DNA from: Octopus bimaculoides
Taxonomy: Eukaryota
Assembly: GCF_001194135.2 (NCBI RefSeq)
Contig: NC_068989.1
Location: forward strand, 55,793,238 to 55,857,237
Reading direction: 5' to 3'
DNA length: 64,000 nt
The notes beneath the pieces are model-generated. The model searched no databases. It was not told the DNA's origin and was given only the letters and a program-made list of their open reading frames with translations. How positions within the stretch are numbered: position 1 is the first letter of the stretch; each line of letters opens with the position of its first letter. Of this stretch, positions 25,620 through 38,150 are shown in pieces. The position numbers were made by a program, and so were the translations under genes.

Positions 25620-26420
25620 CAAATCGTTTGTCTTACCATCCCTGTTGTATTCTTCTGAAACATGATGTGTTATGAAAGACATTTCAAATTGTTAGAACAA
25701 GTCCACTAAAAATGCCTTCATCGCATTTTAAATGGTGAATTTTTTTTACTCCAAACACAGATGCCTTTGAATCTGCAGGCATCACTTCAATTAAAGCAAT
25801 GGTTCTGAAAAACCAAATGAGATGGTTTGGCCATATTGTTTCAATGGCGGATGAACGCACACCAAAACAGCTGTTTTATGGCAAGCTAACAGAGGGGAAA
25901 TGCTATCGGTGTAAACCTAAAAAGAGGTTTAAGGATGGCATAAGGACTATCATGAAGGCACTTGGAATGGATCCAAAGGACATAGAAACCCTTGCTTTGA
26001 TCGAGCTGGATGGCGAACAAAAGTGTGGAGTGGAGTGAAAGCGTTTGAAGAGGCCAGGATAATGCATGCAAGACTCAGGAGAGATTTAAAGGAGAATGAT
26101 ATGATTGAGAAGATGAATCACAATGAGCTTTTTGTGAGCACAGTTTGTGACAGACCATGCCTTTCTTTTGCTGGGCTCAAATCTCATTTGCAGACCCATG
26201 AAAACCGAACCTCCACCAACCATTCTGCTTATATATCTGTGCACACCTTTCAATGCCATGTGTGCAAATCTAATGGAAGCCTCAAAATACATTTTAAGAT
26301 CCACAAAGATCAGTACTTAACTGTAGCTCTTGGTGGTCCAAATCAGATATGCAAACTATGTGAGTGTCTTTTCAATACATTTCTGGTTTAAAAAGCCACA
26401 CCAGATGCCATGATGGATCT
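25620..26420 (+). mobile_element. RTE (BovB-like) LINE 3' end with three C2H2 zinc-finger remnants
   Basis: LPSLLYSSET; QMRWFGHIVSMADERTPKQLFYGKL...KPKKRFKD; fingers VCDRPCLSFAGLKSHLQTH, CHVCKSNGSLKIHFKIH and CKLCECLFNT/SGLKSHTRCH; frameshifted. Confidence 0.85.
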
Positions 26421-26478
26421 AAGGTGTAGTTACAAGAAGTGGTCAGACTCTACATAAGGAGTATAGAAACACCATGTG

Positions 26479-26510
<32 letters not shown>

Positions 26511-26519
26511 CGTGTGTGT

Positions 26520-28280
26520 GTACAAGGATGTGAGCAGCTGATTAAATTATCAATAGCCAGAAGAGAAACTAAACTTCAGGTATATCTCACAAGAGGAAAG
26601 GCAAAAAGAAAGTGGCTTGCACATGATCTACGATGCGAGGTGTTTTGGATTCTAGGCTGTCTACTACAGAAAACTGAGATGGGGTGGGGGTGAATGATAA
26701 TGGCACACTTACTTTTACTGATGCTAAAAAGAAGGAGGTATGGCATTTGTAGACATGGAGAAAGCTTTTCTCAAGGTTCCATGCTTTATGACCAAGTAGT
26801 CTTTAAGGAAGCTAGAGACAAATGGCTTGTGAGGGCAGTACCAACCAGAGACACTGCTTGCAAGGTGACAGCAATGAATACAAGAATGAGTTTAGCATAC
26901 AGGTAGGCATCCACTAAGGTTCATTTCTCAGTCTCCCACTATTTCTCATAGTTTTCGAAGCCATAACAGAAGAGTCTAAGACTAGCTGTCCATGGAAACT
27001 CCTGTATGCCAATAACCTAGTTCTCATAACTAAATCTCTGGTAGAATTAGAGAAGAAATTCCAAACCTGGAAACAAAACCTAGAATCAAGAGACCTGAGA
27101 GTAAATTTATCAAAGACAAAAGTATTTTTAGTAAAAGACAAGACAGGACTCTGAAATTGTCAGAGAAATAGCTGAACTCAATCAGTGGAAAGCAACAGGC
27201 AGAAATTCCTCATAGTGTATCCTGTGTAAAGTATAAATGCAAGAAAGCTATAATGGACAGGCTAAGGGAGAAAGTAGACTTCGTGACCATTGCACAGGGG
27301 CAATAAGTACTAAGAGCACATGGGAAATAAATTCTCTTAATTGTTCAGAAGTAGCTCTTAGTTTATTACCTAGATGACCTTATCAGTAGTGGAGATAGAT
27401 TTTCCAAAACAATATTAGCCAGAGTAAGAACAAATTATGAAAAGTTCAGGGGCTATTACTTCTGACAGTTATAAATTATTTCTTTCTCAGACTGAAAGGC
27501 AGATTGTTTGTGTAGAAATGGTGATGTTGCATGGTAATGAGACATGGACTCTGAATGCAGGAGATTTGCAAAGACTATTAATAAATGAAGCTAACATGCT
27601 CCACTAGAATTGTAACGTTAGCATGCATGAACAATAGAACATAAATGAAATGAAAGGCAACCCACAAGGAAGAAGACTGCTCTGGAACAGGGCACATGAT
27701 ATATATGGAGGATGATGGTTGTATAAATAGGTGCAGGGTGTTCCAGGTAGATAGAACTTTTGGGAGATGGAAACCAAGAAATCAAGGAAGGTATGGTGAT
27801 GCATATGGTTGAGGAGAGCTGGGTAAAGAAGTGCTGATCTCTGTGGAGGGAATTTGTGGGAGAGGTAGACCCAGGAAGACATGAAATGAGGTGGTGAAGT
27901 TTGATCTTTGGATGTTGAGTCTCACAGAGGCAACAACCAGTGACTGAGACCTTTGGCAATTTGTGGTGCTTGAGAAAACATGTCAAACTACATGACATCA
28001 TAGTCATGGCCAGTGTCGGTAAAAAGCACCCATGCCAATGACACATAAAAGGCACCCATGCCAGTGATACATAAAAGGCACTAATGCTTGTGACACATAA
28101 AAGGCACTCACTACACTCTGTGGAGTTGTTGGTGTTAGGAAGGGCATCCAGCTGTAAAAACCAAGCCAAAACAGACTGGAGCCCAGTGCAACTCTCCGGA
28201 TTAACATCCCCCCATCAAACCATCTTATCTATGTTAGTATGGAAAATGGACACTAACTGATGATGATGATAATGATGATA
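26520..28280 (+). mobile_element. RTE LINE, decayed and internally deleted, with 3'-UTR and (GAT)n tail
   Basis: IVFEAITEESKTSCPWKLLYANNLVL (YADD mutated), LRVNLSKTKV, MLHGNETWTL, GRGRPRKT; followed by the tail family found throughout the window. Confidence 0.85.
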
Positions 28281-30081
28281 CAGGGTAAAGTGGAGAAGAT
28301 TAATCTCAGGATACTGGACCTTGGTGAGGAGATGACAAAGAATCATGATCATTAGCGATATGCATTGCAAGAGAAGACCTACCAACCTGTATAAACAGAG
28401 AAATAAATGTTCAAAGCTGGTAATAACAATGGAGGTGGGAAAACATTTACATTCAGTTCTCTAGCCACCTTCTCTCTATAGTTCATTGTAGTTTTCTCAC
28501 TCGTCCTTGTACCATACAGAGCACACCTGAGCACTGTTGCAAAGATATGTACTAAATATATCTTGATTTAAAGTAACAGATAAACTCATAACTGAATGTA
28601 TTCAAATAGATGGAAATACATATATTTTCACTACACTCAGACACAAACATATTCTTTTCTCTATCTTTCTTCAAAGAGAACTTGAAAAAAATTTCCTTTT
28701 GTAAATTCAACTGCTGTGTACAGTAGCTATAACCTAATATTCTATTTATCATTCTAGAAAAATATATAAATCATCTTAACAAATATATCTGAAATTGATA
28801 AAAGTTAGGAAAGCAGAATTAAGATAATTTTTTTCCTTTTTTTTTATGTCATTGCTTGATTTTTCAACTATTAGTACAATAAAAAGAAAATATTCTAGAG
28901 AAACTGATACTAATAGACCATTTTCTATAATCCTAACATAACTAACATCATATTAAATAAAGCACAGATACAGGATATCTAACTATAACAAGGTATTAAA
29001 AAAAAAACAGATTAAAATAAATAAAAAAACAGTAAGTATAAATCTGAAAATGAAGGAAATTTGGTAAAATTTCCATTGACAGATGAGAAATCAATGTCTA
29101 TTGAGGATATATCTTGTTGACAGCTACTTTTATTTAATAGGAATAAAGACGTTGATTTTCTCTCCAAAGGTAGCAATTCAATAGGACAGCTTTACACAAA
29201 AGTAACTTACACAATATTCACCAAATATATGTCTACAGGCAAATGATGCCGTCTTTGTATATGAAATAAAGCATAGCAACACTCAAAATCAGAATGTGAA
29301 TTAAATGAAATCCTTAGAATCCTAGAGCATGTCTCTAAAATTCTTGATACTGTCATGAGATGTTGCTACATTGACAAGTAATGTAGATGGCAAAGCAACT
29401 ACATTTGTCAAACTCTATCAAATCACAAGTTTTGAACACATCACTAGCTTTAACAGGTGTGAAAGTATTTCTGCCTCTGGATGTAGACACGTAATTACCA
29501 TATAGAACCACGTGGCATGGTTCTCATTTCTAACAAATAGATATACCTCTGATAATCTTCTTTATTTACAGCCATGGTGAAACTGTTCAGCTCATTAGGC
29601 AATAACCAATTGCTATAATATACATGAGTGAGTGGCAGCAGATTTCTGTGCAGTATAATTTTATTTATAGTTACCATCCAACCAACTCTTTTGCAAGCAT
29701 TTTCAGAATAATCATATATTTTTCAACAAACCATCATAAATAAACCAAGTTATGTTTTAATGACAGTCTTGGAAAAATTTATTTTGTTTATTTCATTATA
29801 TATTTAACTTCTGTATACAGTATGACTTACTTATAGCTTCTGATTGGCAAGAACTTTCAACTTAATAACTTTGTTTTATCAAATGCCTTGATATCATACT
29901 TCAAATGATTAATCTCCATATGTTTACATCTTCATTCAACTGTAAGTTACGTAAATTAAAATATGATGTTAATCTTTCAACAACATATTATTTGTAATTA
30001 TTTGTATTTCTAAAAGTGAGTTTTCATCTTGTATTGTCTCAAGGTAAAATGTCTTAGTTACATGTTTGTATATGTAGGCAA

Positions 30082-30299
30082 TCATCTCTCAGTCACACAC
30101 ACACACACATACACACATGCATGCACACACATGCATGCACATATGCATGCACACATGCACATGCATGCACACATGTATGCATGCACACAAACATGCATGC
30201 ACACACACACACATAAACGCATGCACACACACATAAGAGTGAGCAGTAAACAGCAAGTCAGCCTGCTGCTGCACACAGCAGTGTGTGTGTCTGTGTGTC

Positions 30300-30337
<38 letters not shown>

Positions 30338-30351
30338 CGCGCGCGTGCATG

Positions 30352-30389
<38 letters not shown>

Positions 30390-30390
30390 T
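30082..30390. repeat. (CA)/(CATG)-type and (TG)n microsatellites in opposite orientation
   Basis: Direct inspection. Confidence 0.9.
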
Positions 30391-30654
30391 GTCCATGTAT
30401 CTGATAATACATGTCACACAGAGAGGAAGGGAGAGACTGCTGCTGCTCTCTGTTTTCTACAATGACTACTCCTTCAACTTAGGTGGCTATAAATATATTG
30501 TATTCCATTTTCAAAATATCTGTAAAACTTCCTGAAAACATTGCTCAGACAAAACAACTAAGTCAGTCTATACTTATTCATATAGAATTAAGACATTAAA
30601 ACTAATTCACCGACTTTCCAGCGATCTAAACTTGAAATATGTGAAACACTCAAA

Positions 30655-31010
30655 CATGGCACAGCTGTGTGGTAAGAAGTTCGCTTCCCAGCCACATGGT
30701 TCCAGGTTCAGTCCCACTGCATGGCACCTTGGGCAAGTGTCTTCTACTATAGCCTCAAGCCAACCAAAGCCTTGTGAGTGGATTTGGCAGGCAGAAACTG
30801 AAAGAAAACTCTGTGTGTGTGTGTGTGTGTCTTTGTCTGTCCTCCACCACCTATTGACAACTAGATCTGCAAAAGAGACTGATAAAATAAGTACCAGGCT
30901 TAAAAAAGAAAAAAAACCAAATAAGTACTAGAGTCAATTAGTTTGACTAAAAATTCCACAAGGCGGTGCCCCAGCACGACCACAGTCCAATGAGTGAAAC
31001 AAGTAAAAGA
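30655..31010 (+). mobile_element. SINE family A
   Basis: catggcacagctgtgtggtaagaag head through gaaacaagtaaaaga tail. Confidence 0.85.
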
Positions 31011-31419
31011 TGGGAGAGACCTCATATGGAATCATCATTCTCCATCAACCAAGTAAGATTCAAGAAACACAAAGACTGGATGCCTAGTGTAAGCATTGCT
31101 GATCTCATGAGTAAAGATTTATACTTAGCTATTGGCCTCTCCAATTGTTGTAAGGTAAGCAGATTGAACATTTAAACCTGTAAATCAGTGAAACAGGTAT
31201 CTTCATCCTATGAATGGTCAATATTTGAAAAAGCATCCAGGTTAAAATACTTTCCACATCAACGAATGAAACATCCAGCTTTGAAAAATAAAAATTCAAC
31301 ACAAAAAAAAAAAGAAACACCTAACATGAAAGACCTCAAAGCAAATGACTCATAAAGTAATTCTTCATAAGGTAACACTTAGGAAAATGTATATATCTTG
31401 TATCTTCTATATTTTATAT

Positions 31420-31790
31420 ATTTCATTTATTAGACTGCAGCCATGTTGGGGCACCACCTTGAAGAATTTTTAGTCAAATGAATTGGCCCCAGTACTTATT
31501 TCCTTTTTAAAGTCTGGTGCTTATTCTATTGGTTTCTTTTGGCGAACCACTAAATTACGGGATGTAAACACACCAACACTGGTTGTCAAGCAGTGAGGAA
31601 AGACAAACACAGACATAAAGCTACACACACCTATATATATGTTTCCATCTACCAAATCCATTCACAAGGCTTTGATTGGCCTGACACTATAGTAGAAGAC
31701 ACTTGCCCAAGGTGCCATGCAGTGGGACTGAACCTGGAACTATGTGGTTAGGAAACAAGCTTCTTACCACACAGCCCCACCTGAGCATAT
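31420..31790 (-). mobile_element. SINE family A
   Basis: Family A body and head in reverse orientation. Confidence 0.8.
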
Positions 31791-32191
31791 TGCAGAAAAT
31801 AAAAAAATCATGTGTTGGTATTGAATATAAATGATTAAATGCAGTTGAAAGTAGATTTGCAGTCTTATTCTAATTTTAAAGGCAGAGTTCAAACTTTATA
31901 TTTTCCTTTTAATACTACAAAATTTAAAAGTAGGTAATTGTAAAAGTAAGTAACAAACACAGTAAAGTACAAATAAGTGAAATATAATGTATAAAATATG
32001 TGTCCGACACACTTAATAAGAACCATATAAAAGTTATTTTGTTATTTTTATTATTATTAAATCTTGACAAGGTCAACTTAGCTTTTTGTCCCTAAGGAGT
32101 CAATAAAGTAAAGCACTAGTCAAGTGTCGAGTTGATTTAATTAACTAATCCCATCGCCAAAATTTCATACCTTGGGATTATATTAGAATCA

Positions 32192-32229
<38 letters not shown>

Positions 32230-32475
32230 CTAAGGTGGTGAGCTGGCAGAATCGCTAGCACACTGGATGAAATGCTTAGCAGTATTTCGCCCGTCGCTCC
32301 ATTCTGAGTTCAAATTCTGTTGAGGCCACGTTAGTCTGTCATCCTTTCGGGGTCGATAAAATAAGTACCAATTGAACACTGGGGTCAATGTAATCAACTC
32401 ATCCCTTCCCCAACAATTGCTGCCCTTGTGGCAAAATTTAAAACCATTATTATTATTATTATTATTATTATTACA
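32230..32475 (+). mobile_element. SINE family B with (ATT)n tail
   Basis: aaggtggtgagctggcagaatcg...catcctttcggggtcgataaaataagtacca...tttaaaaccattattatt. Confidence 0.85.
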
Positions 32476-32568
32476 ACTACTCCTATTACTGCTGGTGCTT
32501 CTGTAACTGCATAGCCACAGACTAGGTCATTGGATTTACTTCCAATAAAATTAGTTAATTTCATTGGG

Positions 32569-33194
32569 NNNNNNNNNNNNNNNNNNNNNNNNNNNNNNNN
32601 NNNNNNNNNNNNNNNNNNNNNNNNNNNNNNNNNNNNNNNNNNNNNNNNNNNNNNNNNNNNNNNNNNNNNNNNNNNNNNNNNNNNNNNNNNNNNNNNNNNN
32701 NNNNNNNNNNNNNNNNNNNNNNNNNNNNNNNNNNNNNNNNNNNNNNNNNNNNNNNNNNNNNNNNNNNNNNNNNNNNNNNNNNNNNNNNNNNNNNNNNNNN
32801 NNNNNNNNNNNNNNNNNNNNNNNNNNNNNNNNNNNNNNNNNNNNNNNNNNNNNNNNNNNNNNNNNNNNNNNNNNNNNNNNNNNNNNNNNNNNNNNNNNNN
32901 NNNNNNNNNNNNNNNNNNNNNNNNNNNNNNNNNNNNNNNNNNNNNNNNNNNNNNNNNNNNNNNNNNNNNNNNNNNNNNNNNNNNNNNNNNNNNNNNNNNN
33001 NNNNNNNNNNNNNNNNNNNNNNNNNNNNNNNNNNNNNNNNNNNNNNNNNNNNNNNNNNNNNNNNNNNNNNNNNNNNNNNNNNNNNNNNNNNNNNNNNNNN
33101 NNNNNNNNNNNNNNNNNNNNNNNNNNNNNNNNNNNNNNNNNNNNNNNNNNNNNNNNNNNNNNNNNNNNNNNNNNNNNNNNNNNNNNNNNNNNNN
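32569..33194. other. Assembly gap
   Basis: Run of N before (CA)n. Confidence 1.
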
Positions 33195-33256
<62 letters not shown>

Positions 33257-34599
33257 CACAATGTATTTATATATATGTATATATAAATAAAAGTAAGATG
33301 CTGTCTCACAGAAATAACATGTAAAGTATATGAAAAAGCAATATAATTTCACCTCAGACCATAAATTTCAGAGTTCACAGCATAGCATATAATAGGGGAG
33401 AGGAAAAGCATAATTTCTGGGGCTTTTCAAAAAAGCATAATAATAAAATCAAAGCTTAAGCTATTGGAAGCATATATTGTGATTGGCTATTTCTTATTGA
33501 AGGGTTGTAATTTACTAATCTGTGATGAACTGAAGTGGAAAACATCTGGCAGCAGTTGACAAAGGAGCTTTATGCGGCAAACACAGTCTTTCCTTTTTGT
33601 CCAATCATGGGTATCCAAGCCACCATGTGTAAATAGTCAGCCATCTTATGTCATATTGAATGCATGGCTGAAACTGGAACATTCTGGCCCCCTAAATTTG
33701 AAGGGTCTGAAGCAAGTTATAGCAAACTAATCAGCTTCACTGGTTTGTTTTCCATAGTCCATTGGGGTGTATATGAACGTGTAAGAGAGAGAGTGGGGGG
33801 AGGAAAAGAGAAATAGGGGACATAAAGCATAATGAGATGGGAGGGATGAGACTGAAAGGAACAAACAACTTGCCAAGCAATAGGCATTAACTATAGCAGT
33901 GGTGTGGGCGACAGTGAGACACAAAGAAACAGTTCACTAAATGGTCATTACCATTTTTAAAATGCAATGCACACACTTCTTTCACAGATATATTCAACTT
34001 GCAAATTACAATTTCCTGCTCTGTTTACTATAACAAATAGCATCTATTTTGAATATTTTATCTAACCTGGTGATTTCATGGAAAAAGAAACATTAAAAGT
34101 ATGGTTGTTTACAAAAATAAACAAATGAAATAAATAAACAATAAAACAGATTAAGCTGAAAACTTGCATAAATATGTGGAAACAAATCAATAAATTATTC
34201 TAAAATAGTATACTATGTGTGAGCAAATATGCATGCATCCGCATGTATGTGTAGATGTATGCATTATTATGTAAATTGATATCCGAGTATGTCTTTAAAA
34301 TTCAGTGCCTATTTCTGCAAATTTATCAGTATAGATCTGTACATATTTGTGTATCTTGTATAAATGTGTGAAAGTAGACTACACTTATGAATCAGTGTAC
34401 ATTTTAAACTTAAATCGCTTTATACATATTTTGTATGTGTCCATTTGTGTTTGAATTTAAGTTTCTTTTTATATAAATGTATAAGTAGACACACTTGGCT
34501 ATGTTCATAAATTGGAACTTGTATGTGTGTAAATGTGGAAATAGAAGTTTTGGTGAATGTGTGAACATGACTGTATTCTTGCATATGCTTCAGTGTTTC

Positions 34600-34708
34600 T
34601 ATGCAAGTCTATAGAGGTGTCTCTGCATATGTGCTCATGTATGTGTATGCATGTGCATGTGTATATTTGCTCCTGTGTGTGAGTGCTCCTGTGCATGAGT
34701 GCTTCTCT

Positions 34709-34755
<47 letters not shown>

Positions 34756-34880
34756 CTTGTGTGTGTGTGCTCCTGTGTGTGTGTGTCTTCTGTGTGTGCA
34801 TGTATGTGCATGTGTGTGTGTGTGTGTTCCTCTGTGTGTGTGTGTGTATGTGTGTGTGTGTGCACGTGCATCTGGAAGGT
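34600..34880. repeat. (TG)n-derived minisatellite punctuated by ctcct/ctctt
   Basis: Recurring gtgctcctgtgtgtg-like units. Confidence 0.85.
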
Positions 34881-36474
34881 GTGTATGAGCGTATAAGTCA
34901 CTTAATTTACATTGTTTACAAATACATGACATGAAGATGCTAGCCGTATACCGTATTCTAAATTAAGGTGAGCATCAATACATGAATATGTTAGTTCCAG
35001 CATAGTATGCAGCATATGACAATATCAGACTGCGTATTATATTGTGAACCCAGCCCAACGTATAACAAATTTATATGTTTTAAGATTAAAAGAAAAAGGG
35101 GAAAACGAATTGTTTCACATCAGCAGTCATCTTTAGAAACTCTGTAACTTTGCCTTAAACAATAGAAAGAACATAAGATATATAAATTGAATAGAGATGC
35201 TGTCAGTTTAGTTTAGAAATCCTTTCAAATGAAAAATAAGAGACAAATGGAAAAAGTGATATAAAAAAATGGGCTTCCTTTGTGTGTTCTCTCGTTTTTC
35301 TTTTTCATTTTTGTAATTAAAAAACTACTTCAGGCAGAATTAAAAAGAATAAAAATAATTATTTTTGTGGAAACCAAAGTAGAGTTTATAGCATTCAGAA
35401 AGTAATCATTGAATAAATAAATAAATAATTAAATTAGTAATAAGAAGTAATATCAGCAGCAGTAGCTGCAACCATATCAACAAAAATAAGAAATGAATAA
35501 TAAATATAAAATAATGTTAAATAACAAATTAGACTATTGTTTATAAGGGAAATGAAAATATTGAATTAAGAAATGTCAATGTAATATTTAGCAGAGAATT
35601 AATTGATGAAACAAAAAATAGTTAATAAATAAATAAAATAATATAATTAGTATTAAAACAGAGAAAGAGTGGAAACAAACAGTTGAATGTATTAGAGGAA
35701 AGTGTGAACAAAGGAGGAGGAGCAGAATGTTTCAAGTAAATAGATATATAGAAAAGTAAAGGAATATTTGAACAAGCTTTGCGGCAAGTTTGGAAACAAT
35801 GTCTTATATAGAACAAAAACAATGTTTGGGGTTTGTTAACATGAACAGACAGAGGTTTTAAAGCAAAGAGTTTTAACAAGGATAAAAAAAAATTAACTTA
35901 TTGCCATCATATACCAAAAAAAAAAAAAAATTCAACTTCTCTGAGATGAGTTTCATCCTTTCCTGCTTTATAAATTGCAATATGATGTTTATGTATTTAG
36001 GTATCACATGGTACAGTGAAAAATGATATTTCTAAATGCAGTTTACACTGAGACATTCTCTGCATTGGCTACTGACAGATCACAAAGATTTTAGCACCTT
36101 CTTATAGTATCACTCCCTCCAGAAGTGTCAAGTAGCACTGACCAGTTCCTTTTGTCCATACTGTAGCATGGTGTTTTTTTTTCTCTCCAGTATGCATGTA
36201 GTCACCACAACAAACTGAGTGCAGCTTCAACAACTTCAACCATGCAATGACTATTATTTTATTTATTACTCACAGGGGATATTCATTCTTTGTTCTCAAT
36301 TTTGGTCTTTCATCATATCCATGATGAAAGTGAACTATTTTCTGTTTCCTTTCTAGTTCATGAACCACTGTTTTGTTGACCTTTTTAAGTCTAATGCCAG
36401 CCAGGTAGGACATAAGGTATCTAGCTACAAACCCACAACATGCCACCACTATTGAAAGCACTGTACCCTGCCAT

Positions 36475-36670
36475 CATCATCATCATCATCCTCATTTACC
36501 ATCTGTTTTCTATGCAGGCATGGGCTGGATGGTTTGACAGAAGCTGGCAAGTCAGAAGACTGCACCAGGCTTCACTGTGTTTTGGCATGGTTTTTACAGC
36601 AGGATGCTCTTCCTAACACCAACCACCTTATCGAGTAAGCTGAGTGCTTTTTATGTGGCACCAGCACCAT
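36475..36670 (-). mobile_element. RTE 3'-UTR fragment
   Basis: (CAT)n, gcatgggctggatggtttgac, caggatgctcttcctaacacc. Confidence 0.75.
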
Positions 36671-37084
36671 CATACATCACACAATTCACTAACTGCTTCA
36701 TATTTTAGACTCTTCATTACACATGTACACTTCATATTGCCTTTCCCAAGGCAGTGTCAGTTCAACAAGCAGAACATTTTTTTTGTTTTTGTTTTGTTAA
36801 GTGAAACCATACCATATAATCAGAGCTTTACTTTGTTATTGCAATACAGCTGGGGAATACAAGTTCTTCCTTCAAACCCACCTGCATCTTCCAACACTTA
36901 GCATCATGCAAAAGTCTAGACTTCCTTTCTTTTTTACTCCTGCATTGTCCTTCTTTGATGTGTCAATATTTTGTTTATGCAGGGTAACAAAGTAATATAT
37001 GCTGATGTGATTAGTCCACATCACTCTATAAGGAGCATAGGGCTGGTTTCCTGGTTTCTCTGGTGTATATATACATATATAGTG

Positions 37085-37420
37085 AAGGCACATGGCTCAG
37101 TGGTTAGAGTGTCGAGCTTACGATCATGAGGTTGTGAGTTCGAATCTCAAACCGGCTGCGAGTTGTGTTCTTGAGCAAGACACTTTATTTCCCATTGCTC
37201 CAGTTCACTCAGCTGTAGAAATGAGTTGCGACGTCACAGGTGCCAAGCTGTATAGGCCTCTGCCTTTTCCTTGGATAACACTGGTGGCGTGGAGAGGGGA
37301 TGCTGGTATGCATGGGTGACTGCTGGTCTTCCATAAACAACCTTGCCAGGACTTGTGCCTGGGAGGGTAACTTTCTTGGTGCAATTCCATGGTCAGTCAT
37401 GACCAAAAGAGGTCTCAGCA
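37085..37420 (+). mobile_element. SINE family D, full length
   Basis: tRNA-like head ggcacatggctcagtggttagag...gagttcgaatc, Meta-like core, (TA)n at the end. Confidence 0.85.
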
Positions 37421-37444
37421 TATATATATATATATATATATATG

Positions 37445-37972
37445 ACAAAAGACCAAGACCTCTGGAGATATGCTATGACTGAGAAGACCTGGCAAATAAA
37501 GCTGTAACCTACACCAGTATTGCATAACCAACCCACTCAAAAAGCACCTTGGATTGAAGGGCGACATGCCATGCTTGAGGAGACCTATTGAGTCAAGTAC
37601 ATCGAAATCAAAATCAAATCAAATGGAAATTGTAGTTGTGGTCACTGTGCCGGTAGCATGTAAAAAGCACCATCTGAACATGGCCAATGCCAGCGCCACC
37701 TTGACTGGCTTCCGTGCTGGTGGTACGTAAAAAGCACCATCTGATCGTGGTCGATGCCAGCTCCCTCTGGCCCCTGTGCTGGTGGCACATAAAAAAAAGC
37801 ACCCACTACACTCGGTGTGGTTGGCATTAGGAAGGGCATTCAGCTGTAGAAACACTGCCAGATCAGTGCCAGAGCCTGGTGCAGCCTCCTGGCTTCCCAG
37901 ACTCCAGTCAAACTGTCTAACCCATGCCAGCATGGAAAACGGATGTTAAATAATGATGATGATGATGATATA
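37445..37972 (+). mobile_element. RTE 3' end with internal palindromic repeats and (GAT)n tail
   Basis: gtgc.ggtggcac.taaaaagcacc repeats; gcatggaaaacggatgttaaataatgatgat. Confidence 0.8.
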
Positions 37973-37974
37973 TA

Positions 37975-38150
37975 ATTCCTTCCTGGATGAGGCACCAGTC
38001 TGTCACAGGATTACTCATCCAGTGGACTGGAACAATGTAAAATGAAGTGTTTTGTTCAAGAACACAATACATTGCCTGGTCCAGGAATCGAAACCAAAAT
38101 TTTACAATCATGAGTCCAACACCCTAACCACTAAACCATGTGCCTTCACT
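37975..38150 (-). mobile_element. SINE, family D-related short variant
   Basis: gtggactggaacaatg...ttgttcaagaacac...aggaatcgaaacc...ctaaccactaaaccatgtgcct. Confidence 0.7.

Noticed and set aside
32394-33352. ORFs of 240-285 aa (likewise those at 3.2, 4.2, 16.7 and 55 kb)
   Set aside because: They are open only because they cross N-runs and dinucleotide repeats.
37085-37160. tRNA-like sequence with A and B boxes and a TAC loop
   Set aside because: Anticodon and acceptor stems do not pair, and it runs into a SINE core that has other copies; this is a SINE head.
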